Assembly: GCA_951406725.2 (NCBI GenBank)
Contig: OX597838.1
Span: 1,798,001-1,862,000 of the forward strand
Source of the DNA: Octopus vulgaris
Taxonomy: Eukaryota
Direction: 5' to 3'
DNA: 64,000 bases
The position numbers and the translations under genes are program-made. Numbering within the stretch: position 1 is the first letter of the stretch; each line of letters opens with the position of its first letter. Shown in pieces: positions 1 to 14,842 of the stretch. Under the pieces are notes generated by a model. The model saw only the letters and a list, made by a program, of their open reading frames with translations, was not told where the DNA came from and made no database searches.

Positions 1-170
1 GTTCATATAGAACACTATAAAAAACTCACAGCAATTATTATTGATGTCCATTCTGTTCTCTGTTCTTATAAAAGGCTGTCAGCTAAAAGCAGAGACTGAT
101 TCTAGCTGCACAGGATCAATACTTACTCAGAACAAAATAATGAAAAAAGAGGCTAACAATAAGTGCAGAC

Positions 171-224
<54 letters not shown>

Positions 225-787
225 CATTATTTGGACAAGGACAATAGTTTTAGAGCTGTTTCAGCAACTATATATAGACCAAATCAGAAACCAACATCTT
301 AACAATACGCTAATGGAAATTATTTTCTCTTTTAGCTCTGACTTTATACTTTTTTAGTCCAATAACTTTTTTTTTCTATAAAATATACGGTTTTAAAGTA
401 ATTCTGCTTTTTTGGATACTTTATTTCATGTCGAAACAACACTTTCAAGAAAGAAATCTGATTATAATTATTTTATTTCCAAGAACACAAAATTTCCAGA
501 TATACACCATTAAAATATGATTATTTGACATAAATATTGTAGCTTAGATTTGATGGTAGCTATCTTAGATCTGATGTTGCGTACATCTGCGTACATATGA
601 TATATCTTAGATTTGATGGTAGCTATCTTAGGTAAACAGCATCGTATTATTGTTGCTGTCCACCATTCACCTTCTTTTCTGTCAAAAAGCTGTTCGCTTC
701 CGGCCAAATTCTCAGCTGTTAAGCTTCGAACAAACCAGCATATCATAAAGTGACGAGGACTTTGCAATTCAGCGCCACTTGTGAAAG

Positions 788-933
788 TGCGTGGCTGTGT
801 GGTAAGAAGCTTGCTTGTCAACCACATGGTTCCAGGTTCAGTCCCACTGCGTGGCACCTTGGGCAAGTGTCTTCTAGCCTCGGACCGACTTCTGAGTTGA
901 TTTGGTAGACGGAAACTGGAAGAAACCCGTCGT
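788..933 (+). mobile_element. tRNA-derived SINE, family 1 (5' part), followed by (TATG)n/(TA)n
   Basis: A-box-like gtggctgtgtggt and B-box-like ggttcagtccc, then caccttgggcaagtgtcttct...gatttggtagacggaaactg shared with copies at 3322, 14085, 14843, 34058 and 51868. Confidence 0.85.
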
Positions 934-984
934 ATGTATATATATATGTATGTATGTATGCATGTATGTATGTATGTATGTATG

Positions 985-1046
<62 letters not shown>

Positions 1047-2185
1047 TGTGTGTGTATACATATATATATGTATCGATGTGTAAGGCTATGGTGGCAGATA
1101 TATTACGGGTGGAAACAAAAGAGTTCGTTAAGTGCAGATATCTACGCCCAGTGAATTTCTACTCAAACACCGATGATATATGTGCATGGATTTGTATATA
1201 TCATTTCTATAAAAACTTTTATCGCAATGAGACAGAACAACATCGGAGCCATTTGATCGACGGTGACACGTTTATTTGCTCTGTTGTATGTGGAGAGAAA
1301 GAATCTGACAGGCTGAGTGAAAGGGGACTAGAAGTGTGAAAGGGCCAACTCAAGGCAACACTGAAAGCCACTGGAATTGAGCGTAAATCGCTTGAAAGCC
1401 CGAGTCTGCACCAAGTGGTGGTGTTCCATCAGCATCGGAACCAAAAACTTTGAAGGCACCAAAAGTGAAAAGGAAGAAATCAAACGGCAGAAATGAAAGG
1501 CTCGGAAGGCTTCTATGCAAGAACTGGTCAACAGAGTCATCAACAGCATCACCATAAAGGAAGCATTAAGCAAAGAGGAAAATAAATATCCGATTACGAA
1601 ATGAAGCCGACGGCGACGACGACGGTGATGATGAATGATTTTGCTCCGAAACGTCATTTTGCCATTTACCACTCTAACATATTTTTACGTATCAACTCTG
1701 CAAATATTGATTGTAAATATTGTGATTGTAGACCTAACCAGGATATATTGATCTCTGATGACAGCAGCAATAAAGTCAAACATAGAGCAGACATTGTTGT
1801 TATTAAAACGGAAGTTATTTCTATTACATTTATATCAGACTCCATAAAACAGTAGCAAACACAACTACCCTTGGTGTGGTCAATACTATGACATTAACTA
1901 TAGCAGACGTACACGTAATACGGTATATAGCACGGCGTTACCTGTAGTGTACACTAGCCCAATTAATATGACCTACACGATGACATTAATTAATAAAGAC
2001 AGATAAGTTTTAATTAGACAGCGCTATATCCGTATCAATAATGCCAAAACATTCCCGACCAATCACGGTTATTTTCGTCGAGAAATCTTTCGTCCACAAT
2101 ATATTAAAGTTGCTGTTGGTTACGTGGGTTTTACTGGGTATGTGGTAGGGTGTTTTGCGGTTGTTTAGGTGTGTGCGTGTGTGTT

Positions 2186-2250
<65 letters not shown>

Positions 2251-2373
2251 CATATATACATATATACATGCATAGTAATATATCTATATATGTATATATA
2301 TATATGTAAGTATATACATGTATATTTGTATGTATATATATACATGCCTTTATGAATATTTGTATATATACAA

Positions 2374-2436
<63 letters not shown>

Positions 2437-3321
2437 CATATAAATGTATATGTGTGTTCAAGTGTTTACATTTATCTTTATGTATATATGTGTATATAAA
2501 TGTTTCTGACGAACAACATAAAATTTTCCTATGTGAACATATATATCCGTAATTTACCAAAATAATGTGTGTGTATATGTGTGTCTGTGTGTGTGTGTGT
2601 GTCTCTGTCTGTGTGTGTGTGTGTTGTGATTCCGCCTATAATAACCACCACACCATTCAACGTGAGCATTTCTTATTCTGACTCAAAGAGGTTGTAGTTT
2701 CGATTCCTGGTTTGCACTGAATCATTGAGTAAGATTTTCCTTTGACGTTTCTCCAAACTCCTCATCCATTAATGGCCCTCATCCATGTGAGGGAGACGAA
2801 ACAGGATCAAGGTCTTTTACAGACCCCTTCCTTTGATTATTTCCCCTCCGTTCTGTTACCACTCCTTCATTCTATAACCACCCTCTCCCCTCTCTTATCA
2901 CCCGTACCCCTCTATCCCTGCCTCTTCCACTCTATAACCTTCCCCCCTCTAATACCACACTTTCTCTTCTTTTACCACTCCCTCCCAGTTACCACCACTC
3001 GTCCCTTCTTACCACCCTCGACCATTCTATCCCCACCCCTTCCTCTATCACCACCCCTCACCCTTCCATGACCACCCACCCACCCCTTTATACACTTAAT
3101 TTTACTAAATATATTTCTCTCTATTATTATGCTACAATTACTTTCTTTCACTAACCTATTAATTACTTTTACAGCAATTTCCTTGTTAATTAAGATTATT
3201 TAATTAGTCACTCCTATTGTTATTGTCCAGTAAACCCATATATTCTCTGCCGTACTTCCATATTTTCCAAATCTTTCTTACTCAGCTTTGCCATAAATGT
3301 TATATAACTCGTTCTTTCGCC

Positions 3322-3460
3322 GGCGTGGCAGAGCGGTAGGTGGCTTGCTTCCCAACCACATGATTCTGGGTTCGATCCTAATGCGTATCACCTTGAACAA
3401 GTGTTTTCTACTATAACCTCAGCCCCACCGAGGCTATAGTAGATTTGGTAGACTGAAACT
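3322..3460 (+). mobile_element. tRNA-derived SINE, family 1
   Basis: ggcgtggcagagcggtag...cttgcttcccaaccacatg...gggttcgatcc...caccttgaacaagtgttttcta...gatttggtagactgaaactg. Confidence 0.8.
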
Positions 3461-3496
3461 GGTGCATTGGTGCACTGTTGTACCATCATTCTATAC

Positions 3497-3547
<51 letters not shown>

Positions 3548-3695
3548 AACTTATAAATAAGGGCTAAAGAAAAGTAATTTCTATGCCAATGTGCTGATAA
3601 CAGACTTTTAAATCGTTTTAATATGCTGCCACATTTTTTCATGGAATTTTTTTTCTGTAAAACAACTTCATCCTATATTAGTAGTAGTAGTAGTA

Positions 3696-3757
<62 letters not shown>

Positions 3758-4152
3758 ATTTATGTAGTATTTTGTGGATATTCCACTGATGTGGCAAAGC
3801 ATTCCTTATGCAAAGTCGGAAATCCGGGTTCTGGAATTATCCAATAATTTTTTGATAGTTTATTTTGTCTTCTCTCCTGGTGCTATATGAACATTTAATG
3901 TGGTTTCAGAGTCAAGTTTTGGTTGCTATATCTAGCATGGTGGTATCTTTTAGATACCCTTAATTATAATTTTAATAATAATTATTACCTATGAGGTTTT
4001 TATCCCCATATGAGCCACTTGATGTGATCGGTATTTTAAATAACGATCTTATCTTTATTTATATATATATTCGGACGCTTTCACCTCCTTCAAAAGACAG
4101 CTACAACCCCACCACCTTCTTTCTTATACCTTCTCCCAGAAACCTCTCCATA

Positions 4153-4221
<69 letters not shown>

Positions 4222-4986
4222 CACTACCACTACGTCTGCTGTTATTTGTGAATAAAATCCATCAATGCTCTGGTTCCAGTTCTAGTCCCCTCTTTCTCAC
4301 CCATCTTCTCCATCTCTTGACTCTGTTCTTCATCTTGAGTCAATATAATATATAACTAGTTTATCCGTACTCTGTATTTCTAGAATATCCAGGTTCAGAT
4401 GTACCATTCAGTTTTTAATTATAAATTCCATATACTGAACCAAATGCCCCATTTACTCGACATCATTCTAGAGCGAAACACATGGCCATTTGTAATGAAT
4501 TATTCTAATGTAATATACTCCGCATTCACATATATATTATATACACAGACAGTCATACACATACGTACAATTATATATGTATGAGTTGTTTGAAATATCC
4601 ATATTGACTCTGTCTAAATGTATATCTCCTTATTTTCATAACAATACATTTAACTATATCTTCGGTCGCGCATTGAGTTCTCTTTCATTTAGCGCAAGGA
4701 ACCCCGCCCCCAGGTGTATATTTTGAACAATATTAATATTTACTTCTGTCTTTAATTTAACATGACCAAATGAGTTGCCATTATTGAATTTTAAATATGT
4801 ATGATCGGTAAGTTACCGCCTCACACCAGTTCTCTCTTATTTCATTTTCATTTCCATTTGATAGTAAACAAAATTGCTTCATTCGTCGCTGTTCAGTTTG
4901 TTACAATTTATCTCATCAGCCATTTTCTTCAGTTCTACAATGAGAACCAAGAATATATATATGAAAACATGTGTAAGACTCATGTA

Positions 4987-5062
<76 letters not shown>

Positions 5063-5238
5063 GACGGCTTTAAATTATTGCCTCTTCGTTTTTCAGCTCT
5101 TCAACAATCAGTCATTTTTAAAAGCGGGAACCAAATCTGGTGTATAAAACATCTATAATAATGCTAGATACGTGTAAGCTTCCATGCATATATGTGTATA
5201 TACATATATACATATACATACATACATACATACATACA

Positions 5239-5274
<36 letters not shown>

Positions 5275-5281
5275 TACATAC

Positions 5282-5312
<31 letters not shown>

Positions 5313-6072
5313 TATATATATGTATATATATGTATGTATATATGTATATATATGTATGTGTATGTATCAGTGTGTATGTATATATATATATATATATATA
5401 TACATATATATTTGTGCGTGTACAATTAAAAAGCAAAACAAATGCTTTATGGGCAATAACGCCGTGTCCAGTAACGTATGGACTATAAAAACGAAGAGAG
5501 GTTTATCAAATACCATAAAATTCATGATTTAATGAAAACTTATTCCGTTCGAGAGAAACGTGAACCATTACATGTCAGCACACTGATTGACGCCAAACGG
5601 AGATAATCCCGAGCGTCCAGAATTCTTAGAAGCTAATATGCTGTTAACAAAACTGTGAAGTGTCTGGAGATAAGGGAACAGCTGTTGAGAAATGTTTCTG
5701 CCACAATGTGCGTCATCAGGACAGTATTCTTCTTATATTGTCATCAACTTGAATATATACAGTTATAGTAGAAAATATTCATGGCCATATATGGAAAACA
5801 CATGCCCTGTGGTCGGTGGCACGTGATCGGACAACGTGATTACAAAGTTAGTTATACTGCCAGGCCTCTATATGTAACAGTCCTTCCCAACATTTTCACA
5901 GTGATTCTCAATAAATCCTTTTATTCAAATCAGTTCTCCCACGGACCCCTTTTAATATACTTACCCTTATGTATATATTCATACATATATACATATATAT
6001 ACATATATGTATATGTATAAGTATATATATATATATATATATGCATATATGTATAGATATATATTTATATAC

Positions 6073-6116
<44 letters not shown>

Positions 6117-6241
6117 TATATTATATATATATATATAAAAGAGAGAGAGAGTCACCTCCATATGTGTATGTGCATATGCGTGTGTATTTACATATATACA
6201 CACATATATATATATACGTATGTATGTATATATACATACAT

Positions 6242-6273
<32 letters not shown>

Positions 6274-6296
6274 CAACGGCAGAGCCCCAGCATGGC

Positions 6297-6358
<62 letters not shown>

Positions 6359-6915
6359 TGTGTGTGTGTGGCGCAAGACAGAGTGAGATGGAGTGTGTGT
6401 GTGTGTGTGTGTGCTTGTGCGCGCGCACGTACGTGCGAGTGAAGTTAAGAGAAATTCACATGAAAATATTCAGTTCGATATGAAATATTAATTTCATGAA
6501 AAAGAAAAGAAAAAAATAGAAAATTTACCAACGGAATTTTGTTGTTATTTTTGTCTGTTTTTTTCCTTCCTTTATGTCTTTTCTTATTCTCTTTTTTTCC
6601 TTCTCTTTTATTTTCATACTTTCCACTGGTGGCTGCTGTGTTCTCATTCTCTACTACTACTACTACTACTACTACTGATAATAATCATACAAATACACAA
6701 TCGATATTCTATTTCCCAATTTTGAATAAAATGTATTTATTTTTGAAAACGCACACACACACATCAATATCATTTAAAATACTCCATCCTTATAAATACA
6801 CCAAAATACTCATCTCGTTAACAATAAAAACAACAACAACAATAATAATAATAATATTAATAATAACAATAATAATAATCTACAACCAAAACAACAAATT
6901 CAAACCAACTTTTAG

Positions 6916-9323
6916 TTGATTATCAGGGAATATGGACAAAAAAGATTAAAAGAAATCGAAGCTCACAACAAAAAAATGTCTGATCCGGAATCGATGCCCG
7001 GTACAAAAGCTAAAAGCCCTTCACCGAATAGTTTGCAGGTGGAACCATCTAAAACAGGCCGGAGTTCAAAAATGTCCAGTTCGGAACGTAACATTTTGAA
7101 AAACCGTACCAATTCAAAGTCTAAAAGAGGATCTTTGTCGAGAAGAATGAGAAACTTCCAGTTCGGAAGGAGAAAAGCGCCATGTTCTTCACCGGAAACT
7201 GGCACTTCCGCTGCTGAAAATAGTGGAAATGGTGATGATGATGATGATATGGGTGGCAGTGGGGTAGATAGAAATAAGAGGAGCGGTGGAGGCGGAGAAA
7301 TCAGAGGACATTCATCTGCAACAGGAGCGCCCTCTGTCGACGCTCGGTTGCAGAAAATGCTGCACGGAACATGGTCGAAAATTTTCTCCCATAAGGCGAG
7401 CCGCAGCGGATCTTGTAATGTTACATTGAGGCCAGTGGAAAGGACGAAGACCTCTGATTTGTCATCAAGTTGTTCGTCCTCCCCGGAAACGAGCAAAAGA
7501 AAACAAGCTGTGAGGCATTTACAGTCAACCAAAGATGAAGGCCGAGGTGGAGAGAAATACAACAATAGTGGTCCCTCCCTCAACAAAAAGCAACCGAGCG
7601 GCTTAGGTTTTAAAACTGGTCCCTGTAGTTTAGCTTCGGAGGGAGACAACCGCAAGATGTCGCTGAGCACGCGTTTATCCAGTATTATACATCCACGGAA
7701 ATTTTCGCAGGCCACGAAATATTCCGCAGTGAAACCGGACACAAGTGATTCGGACTCACCGTTTTTAGAGACGACGACCAGGCAAGGGTCACAGGGGGAA
7801 CGAAACGACGGCCAAGAGAGTCGCAGCACCACAAGGGAACACAACCGCCTGGTGTCAAGCTGCAGCACCAGTTCAACTCCATCTACTGCTAAAACTGCTA
7901 CTAGTACAACAACAACTACTACTGCTACTACTACTGTCCAAAAGATTAGTAGTAGAAGTAGTAGTAGTAGCAGTGATAGTGGTATTGCCGATCACTGCAG
8001 TGGAAGGTCGGCCGGGGGCGGGGGTGGCGGTGGGTTTAGTCGCCTTCTTAGCGTGGCTGGCTTTGGCAGATCAGCCACGACACCGAAGTTGTCTTCGAAA
8101 ACTGTGCCCCAGATATCTTTGACCTCACCGCCGACAACTCCACCGTCGCCCTCGGCTGAATTATTTCAACAACAACAACAGCAACAGCAACAACAACACC
8201 AATCAAGTACAGCAATTCTTATTGAAGAATCCGACCATCTGATCGATATCGATGAATCTCGAAACCTTCCCCTTGAACTGGCTCAGCAGCAGCAACAACA
8301 GCATTACCAATCTCACAGAAGTTTATACAACACCCCGACAAACATTTCGGATTATGTACAAAATCCAAGAGCTGGGTTTGAACCGTCTTCGCCTTGTTTT
8401 GTTTCCGGGACGCCCTTCTCTCAAAGTGAACATTCTGGAATATTGCAACCCTACACAGACTTAAATGACCCCTCGACCCTGGTGATGAGATCGTCTCCCT
8501 ACACTGGGTCTTTCTTATCATCCAACAATGCCTCTTCTGCCTTCTCTCCGATCTCAACGTCTTCATCGTTCTCTGGAAAGAAATTTAGTTCGCTAATCGG
8601 CCGCAACAGGGCAGCACCGGAGACCCTTCGGTCTAGTTCCTTAGAAGAGTACCGGACCTCCTCTTACGATGATTTCATAACTCCGACGACAACCACTGGC
8701 AACAGGGCCGCATTCGGAGTTGGTGGAGGTGGGACAGGGCGGGGTGGCCTGGGAGTGTCGTTAATGTCGTCATCATCATTATCATCATCACCATCGTCTG
8801 CAACAATAACAGGAACGGCAACATTATCATCATCAGCAACAACAACAGCAATAACATCACCGACGGCTGTCATTTCCGCCACCACATGCGCAAAATCACC
8901 GCAACTTCAATCACAACCGACACAAACAGTAACAACAACCACAACAACAAAAACCATTCTAAGCCCTTTGACATTCTCATCGACATCGACGCCGATTCTA
9001 TCATCGCCGCCATTATCAACTACATCACTTCCGAAACCGCCATCTTACTATTCAGCCATCACACCTCCATTGAACGCCGTCTCTGCCACCTCCAGTCCAG
9101 ACTCGCCCTTTCCATCTCCTTCAAGAGCCAACCCGGCCAATAGAAATGTTCCGTTCACACCGACAGGCTCCAACCGATACTATACAACCGCTGGCGCCGC
9201 CTATCTCAACTCCAGTGACAGACCCTACTTAAAGAAGTGGCTTTCCTGCACCTCGGCACCGACCACCTCACCCCTTGCCTTGCCGCCACTCAGTGCTAGT
9301 ATGTCGTTCGGATCTCGTATGAG
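6916..9323 (+). CDS. Large internal coding exon (2408 nt) of the host gene. Probable end of a cyclic-nucleotide-binding domain plus long Ser/Thr/Gly/Gln/Pro-rich tail of a CNG/CNGL-like channel (identity tentative)
   Basis: 803-codon open frame, GC-richer than its flanks, starting right after the acceptor ttttag (6910-6915). N-terminal LIIREYGQKRLKEIE resembles, from recall, the CNBD C-helix of CNG channels (YPEA..I....G.KRL.E). Phase-2 donor AG|GTAGAC at 9323 matches the next exon. Upstream exons are not seen in the window. Confidence 0.8.
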
Positions 9324-11699
9324 GTAGACATTTTATCATCTCTCTCTCTTGTCTCGTTTTGCACATTTCAACTTCAGTCATTGCACTCTGTTGTTGTCGT
9401 TGTTGTTCTTTTAGTGACTCTGCTCATGTTGCTGTTGCTGCTGTTGCTGTTGCTGCTGCTGCTGCTGGTCTCTGGTTGTTTCGTGTTACAACAGCAAACC
9501 TCGTCTTCTCTGCATGTAGCATGTTTTACTCTGTCTTAGCATGCCTCCATCTTGTTGCCGCTAAACTAGAAAACGATTTTCATTTCAGTGTAGTTGTTGT
9601 CGTTGTCGTTGTTATTGTTGTTGTTGTTGCTGTTTGTATTAAACTCCATTATATATAGTAAAATTCCAAATGTAGCCATACTCCTTTTTTCAGACATAAC
9701 ATATCTAGGAATACATCAGCTAATATGTCCATCCACCTGCCTTTGCTGTTTTCGTTGGCTACAGTTCAGTTGGCATATGATCAAAATACATTCCAGATAC
9801 GACCATCCTGTCTGTATTCAAGGCATTGTGTATCGAGGACTGCATTAAAGAATGTAACCTTCATTGTCATTTCTGATGTTGTTTAAACCCAGGTCTATCT
9901 TTGATTCCACAGACCTATAAATCAAAGCCATTCCACTGAGGGCCATCTCATCTTCTATTCAGGAATTGTGAAATACTTTCTACATTACCTTATAGAACGT
10001 TTGTTATGCTCCTAAGACAGGAAGGTCCATTTTGAGACAGATTTGGTTGTTATTTCTAGCATGTTGGAGATGTCCTCTTTGGCTCAATTTAAGGCGCAAC
10101 ATTTTCCACCTCACACTTATACCGTTTTTGTATTCGCCAGTCGTGCTTCCCCCGCAATACGTATCAGTTTAACGTAATTTGAAACATCTGCTAACTCACA
10201 ACATCAAATGTAATTCTGCGATATTGAATATTTAATTCAATGACGTTATCCGCTGACAGTAAATTTGAAATTTCTTTCTGCTGAACTGCTTAGAAAGTTG
10301 TTATTTTTCGACACTTGTTCTTATCCTTTTTCCGTTTTTTTTTTTGTTACTTGTAAAAGCAAAATGTTACATCTCGAACGCTTTAATAAGTATTCGTAAA
10401 CAGGTGAGGTCCCTAGATGTAAAGATGGGATCAAACTAAGACTGAACTCGCAAATATTTCTTACATGCATAATACCAGGTGTATAGGAATGTTGGAAATG
10501 CTGAATGAAATAAAGGTTTCATGATTAACCATGTACTGGTGCCTCTTTACATAATAACGGCGTCCATTTCTGGGTAGAATCCACCCCAAAAGGCCAACTA
10601 AACAAAAGAGAACGCCACCCCACCAAAAACAACAACAACAAAAAAAAAAAACAAAAAAAAAGTTTTAGAGACAGAAGTCCAAGAAATTCGTAAAAAACTA
10701 AAAAAAGTTTAGAAATTGTAGCGAATTAAATTGTAGTGAATAGAGTGTTAATGTGGCAGAGCTAGAGACTGCAACGCCACCTATTCACACTCGTGCTTTG
10801 CTGTGTCAGTTTATTGATGATTGCTAGTTTGATTGTTTAGATTGTCTGGATTTCCGACGTTCATGTTTGATGATAGTTTGATGGGTTTTTAATGGTGTTT
10901 CATTGTTTGATGTTATGTGTGAGGTTTTTGAAGTAATTCTGTTGGCGTCGGTGGTTTCGTAGGGGGGGGCGTCGGAAATCTGTTTGTACGGTGTTCAGTG
11001 CGATTCTGAGGACATTTGACTCTGACGCGTCGAGTGTTTGACCCTGCTCTGGCATATTTATCGTTATTTTGCAGCAAGTTCGACCTTATTTTATGGCTGT
11101 TTGATGTTGCACGTGGTGTTGGATGGCAAAAACACGATGCTATAAAACTGTTAAGTAGCGGTCATAGAATTATTTTTAGGATGTTTTCTTTAAAACTATT
11201 CGTAGATTTGGTTTTATACAATGCTAAGATTCCATGTTTGTGTATTGTAAATGTCAACAAGGTTTCAAATAATTTCCTGTCTTATTGGATAAGTACATTA
11301 ATTGTTTGTGTGACATTGTAACAAGATTTTGAGGTCAGTGTTATAGAATTATCGATATAGCTTCATATCATCACAACAGCAAGTAAGCAGAACGGTTAAC
11401 GGTCATCTGCGGTGAACTTGTGTCCTATGCTTTAACATTAAATAGGTTAATATAAAACTATCTACCATGGACAGTAGAACATCGAATCGGAATGTTGACG
11501 AACAATTAAACCTTATTATGCTTAACTACGGCATTTGATGGTCGGGGTTAAAATCTCATCATCGTCAACTTTACCTTTCATGTTCCCAGGGTATTTAAGG
11601 GAATAGAGTCGAGTTTATTGATTACACCGTTGCAATTTATTATATATGCTGGATAACAGTGTGCCAGAAAGTATGGATGTCTACGCATATAGGTAATGT

Positions 11700-12235
11700 A
11701 GACACACTAATGCATATACACTAACATTAAAGCATACCCCCAGAGATCAATCACAATAAAGAAAAATTGAGAACATGACAGATTTTAATTATTGAGATCG
11801 TCTCGGGAAGCTCAACCGTTATACCCTCCAACGCCGCCGAGAGCGAGATATCATTCAGATGACCTGGAAAATATTCCAACAGTTTTGCCCGATTGATGTT
11901 AGCATCAACTTTAAAAAATCTCCTAAGTCTTGGTCCCGTGTTATCTGTCCTATTCAGAAATCATACTCGCTTCACATCATATCTCTAAGACAGAACTATT
12001 TCCTCTGTCCCTTACTATCTTTAACATCACGCCAAAACATAAGAGAAGAAAAATATTTCATTGCATTCAAATGGTTCCTGGACGAATATCTCCCGATAAA
12101 TTCCAGATTATCTACCTACACCCGGATATATCTCTGCACACGATAACTCTTTACACGAATGGGCTCAGATGCCCGAACAATGAAGTATCATTAATTTTTT
12201 TTTCTATGAGCAGCTGTTAAGTTGGCCATGGCCTG
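11700..12235 (+). mobile_element. CR1/L2-like LINE 3' fragment (decayed ORF2 C-terminus)
   Basis: Translates KIENMTDFNY*DRLGKLNRYTLQRRRERDIIQMTWKI, the Y..RL..L..Y.L.RRR.R motif of CR1-group ORF2. Contains stops and frameshifts. Confidence 0.75.
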
Positions 12236-13671
12236 AGTCAGTGTATGTATATATATGTATATACATACACACACACACACACACACACAAATATATATAT
12301 ATATATGTGTGTGTGTGTATGTATGTATGTATATACATACATACATGCATATATATATATATATATGTATGTGTGTGTATGTATGTATGTATGTATGTAT
12401 ATACATACATACATACATATATACACACACATATATGTATGTATATAGACCTACAGATGCATATTTATCAGCATATAGTTATCTACTTCCATATACAAGT
12501 TCGAATCTATTCTGGCTCTACCAGTAGTTATGCAAATATAGACACATCTCTTTTCCTCTTCATATCTATATATACACAATTGTGTGTGTGTGTGTAATCT
12601 CTGTTTTCTTCTTCTCTCTCTTTTTTTTTTATTCCTGCTTCCTATTACGTTCAAATAATCTATAATCTGGTTTCTATTCTCCGTCGGATTCCTTTTTCAC
12701 AAAACTTCAAATTCGATTCTTCCCCAGCATTTAACATTCACCAAATGGCTCCGAGTGACATCATCTGCTTCGTAGACATCTCCACACTAATTGCAGGTGA
12801 CATAACACAACCCTGTCAAGGATGATATTATGTTAAGATATGCATGGTTTATGTGAATATCTTTGAATGCATTGTAATTGAACTTCTTCCCCACATCGTA
12901 GCCAACCTTCCAACCTCCTTCCATACCTTATTTTATATTTATTCCATATCAAAGTCACCCAATAAATATTTATATATTTATTTATATTCCATTCTACGCC
13001 GTCTTCACGCGATTCCTTTTAATTTCATAACCTATTTTTTTACGTACATGTTCTTTGTTTTAGTAAATAACATCTTTGCTTCAACTGAAAATTGTTAGTT
13101 TTTATATTTAAATCATCTTAATTAATTATTAATAATATTCTGAGTTTTTACATTTTGTTTTTAAACATTAAAAACCTTAAAATGACTCTTCCCCACCACC
13201 ACCACCTCCGTTTCATACATCCGTTCTACAATAACTGCCTACAGACTCAATATTCATACATATGCACACACACACATACATAAATACATACATACATCCA
13301 TGCATGCATGCATACATACATATATACATACGTACGTACATATATACATACATACATACGTACGTACATACATACATACATATATATGCATACATACATA
13401 CCAACATACATACTCACATATATACGTACATACATACATACACACATGCATACACACATACATACGTACAGACATACACAAATACATACACATACATACA
13501 CATTTACATACACATACATATACACATATCTACACATGCATACATACACACACATATATAGATATAGATATATATATATATGTATGCCATATGTTTTTGT
13601 GTATATGTGTGTGTGTATATGTGTGTGTGTTATGAGTGTTCATCTGTCTAATTATCTATCTGTCTATAAAT

Positions 13672-13703
<32 letters not shown>

Positions 13704-14084
13704 ACACAACACAATAAACACCCCGCACACCCCTTTTAACTGACTTCGCTACATCACCATTGGTATATACTGAAATTTCCATCAAATATTCTTTGCAACA
13801 ACAAAATATATTCCCCACTCACCAAATGCAGTTTAATATAATTTGACACAATCACTTCATTATAATTCTATTTTTCGCCCCCACCCATTTTTTTTCAATA
13901 AAATCAATAACTGCAATTATTAATCTTCTGAATTCTTAACTTTCTAAATCTAGTTTATTCCTATACGGGTTATATAGAAAGATTTAGGTTTTTTTTAAAA
14001 CAATATATACATACACATAGCATATGTAGTTTGCATATAAGCATATTAGTCATGCACACACACACACACACACACATAAACATA

Positions 14085-14412
14085 GGCGCATGGTTCTGGG
14101 TTCAGTCCTTGAGCAAGTGTCTTCTACTATAGCTTCGGGCTGACAAAAGCCTTGCGAGTGGTAGACGGGAACTGAAAGAAGCACGTCGTATACATATATA
14201 TATATGTATGTGTGTTTGTGTGTGTGTGTGTATGTTTGTGTATCTGTTTGTTCCTCCTCCCATCGCCTGATGTATTTACGTCCCTGTAACTTAGCGGTTC
14301 GGCAAAAGTAACCGATAACATAAGTACAAGGCTGACAAAGAATTAGTCCTGGGGTCGATTTGTTCAACTAAAGGCGGTGCTCCAGTATGGCCGCAGTTAA
14401 ATGACAGAAAAA
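14085..14412 (+). mobile_element. SINE family 1 with internal (TA)n(TG)n tract and 3' tail
   Basis: Head homologous to the 788 copy. The tail acttagcggttcggc...ggggtcgatttg...aaaggcggtgctccagtatggccgca matches 52330-52450. Confidence 0.85.
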
Positions 14413-14634
14413 AGTAATACACACACACACATATAAATATACAGATGTGTATAAATGTAAACGAACAGATATTTGTTGTTTTATTAAAAGCGTCGAAAAT
14501 GTGTATCGTACAATACAAATAAGTCGCCGCGAGAACAGCCGAAATACTGGTTAAATGGCCGTTGCAAGGCGGAAACATTTGCCAATAATCATAAAGATAA
14601 AGTATTTAGAGTCCAAATTCAGCGGGGAATTTGT

Positions 14635-14715
14635 TAGCGGGTGGTTTGGCTTAATCGTAAAACAGTTGACTTTGGACTTTAGGGAATGCGGGTTCGTGTC
14701 CCATGGCTGGTTGTT
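14635..14715 (+). mobile_element. Decayed tRNA-like SINE head
   Basis: tggcttaatcgtaa A-box-like, gactttggac anticodon-loop-like, gggttcgtgtccc B-box-like. The acceptor stem is not intact. Confidence 0.4.
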
Positions 14716-14842
14716 AAATTTTCCGCTTTGTTAGGATAATTTACCCAGTGTTTCTGTTGTTCTAACGGCAACTGTGCGTTCGAAACAACACCATCTTATC
14801 TGTGTATATAAATATATATATATATATACATACACACACACT

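Noticed and set aside
543-631. 26-bp direct repeat cttagatttgatggtagctatcttag with spacer (CRISPR-like spacing)
   Set aside because: Only two copies, eukaryotic context and no cas genes; a local duplication.
2830-3090. C-rich tract (G-rich on minus strand, G-quadruplex potential)
   Set aside because: Degenerate low-complexity sequence with no evidence of function.
6963-7868. 301-aa antisense ORF and other short ORFs overlapping the large exon
   Set aside because: Shadow frames of the GC-richer coding exon, with no recognisable domain or splice support.
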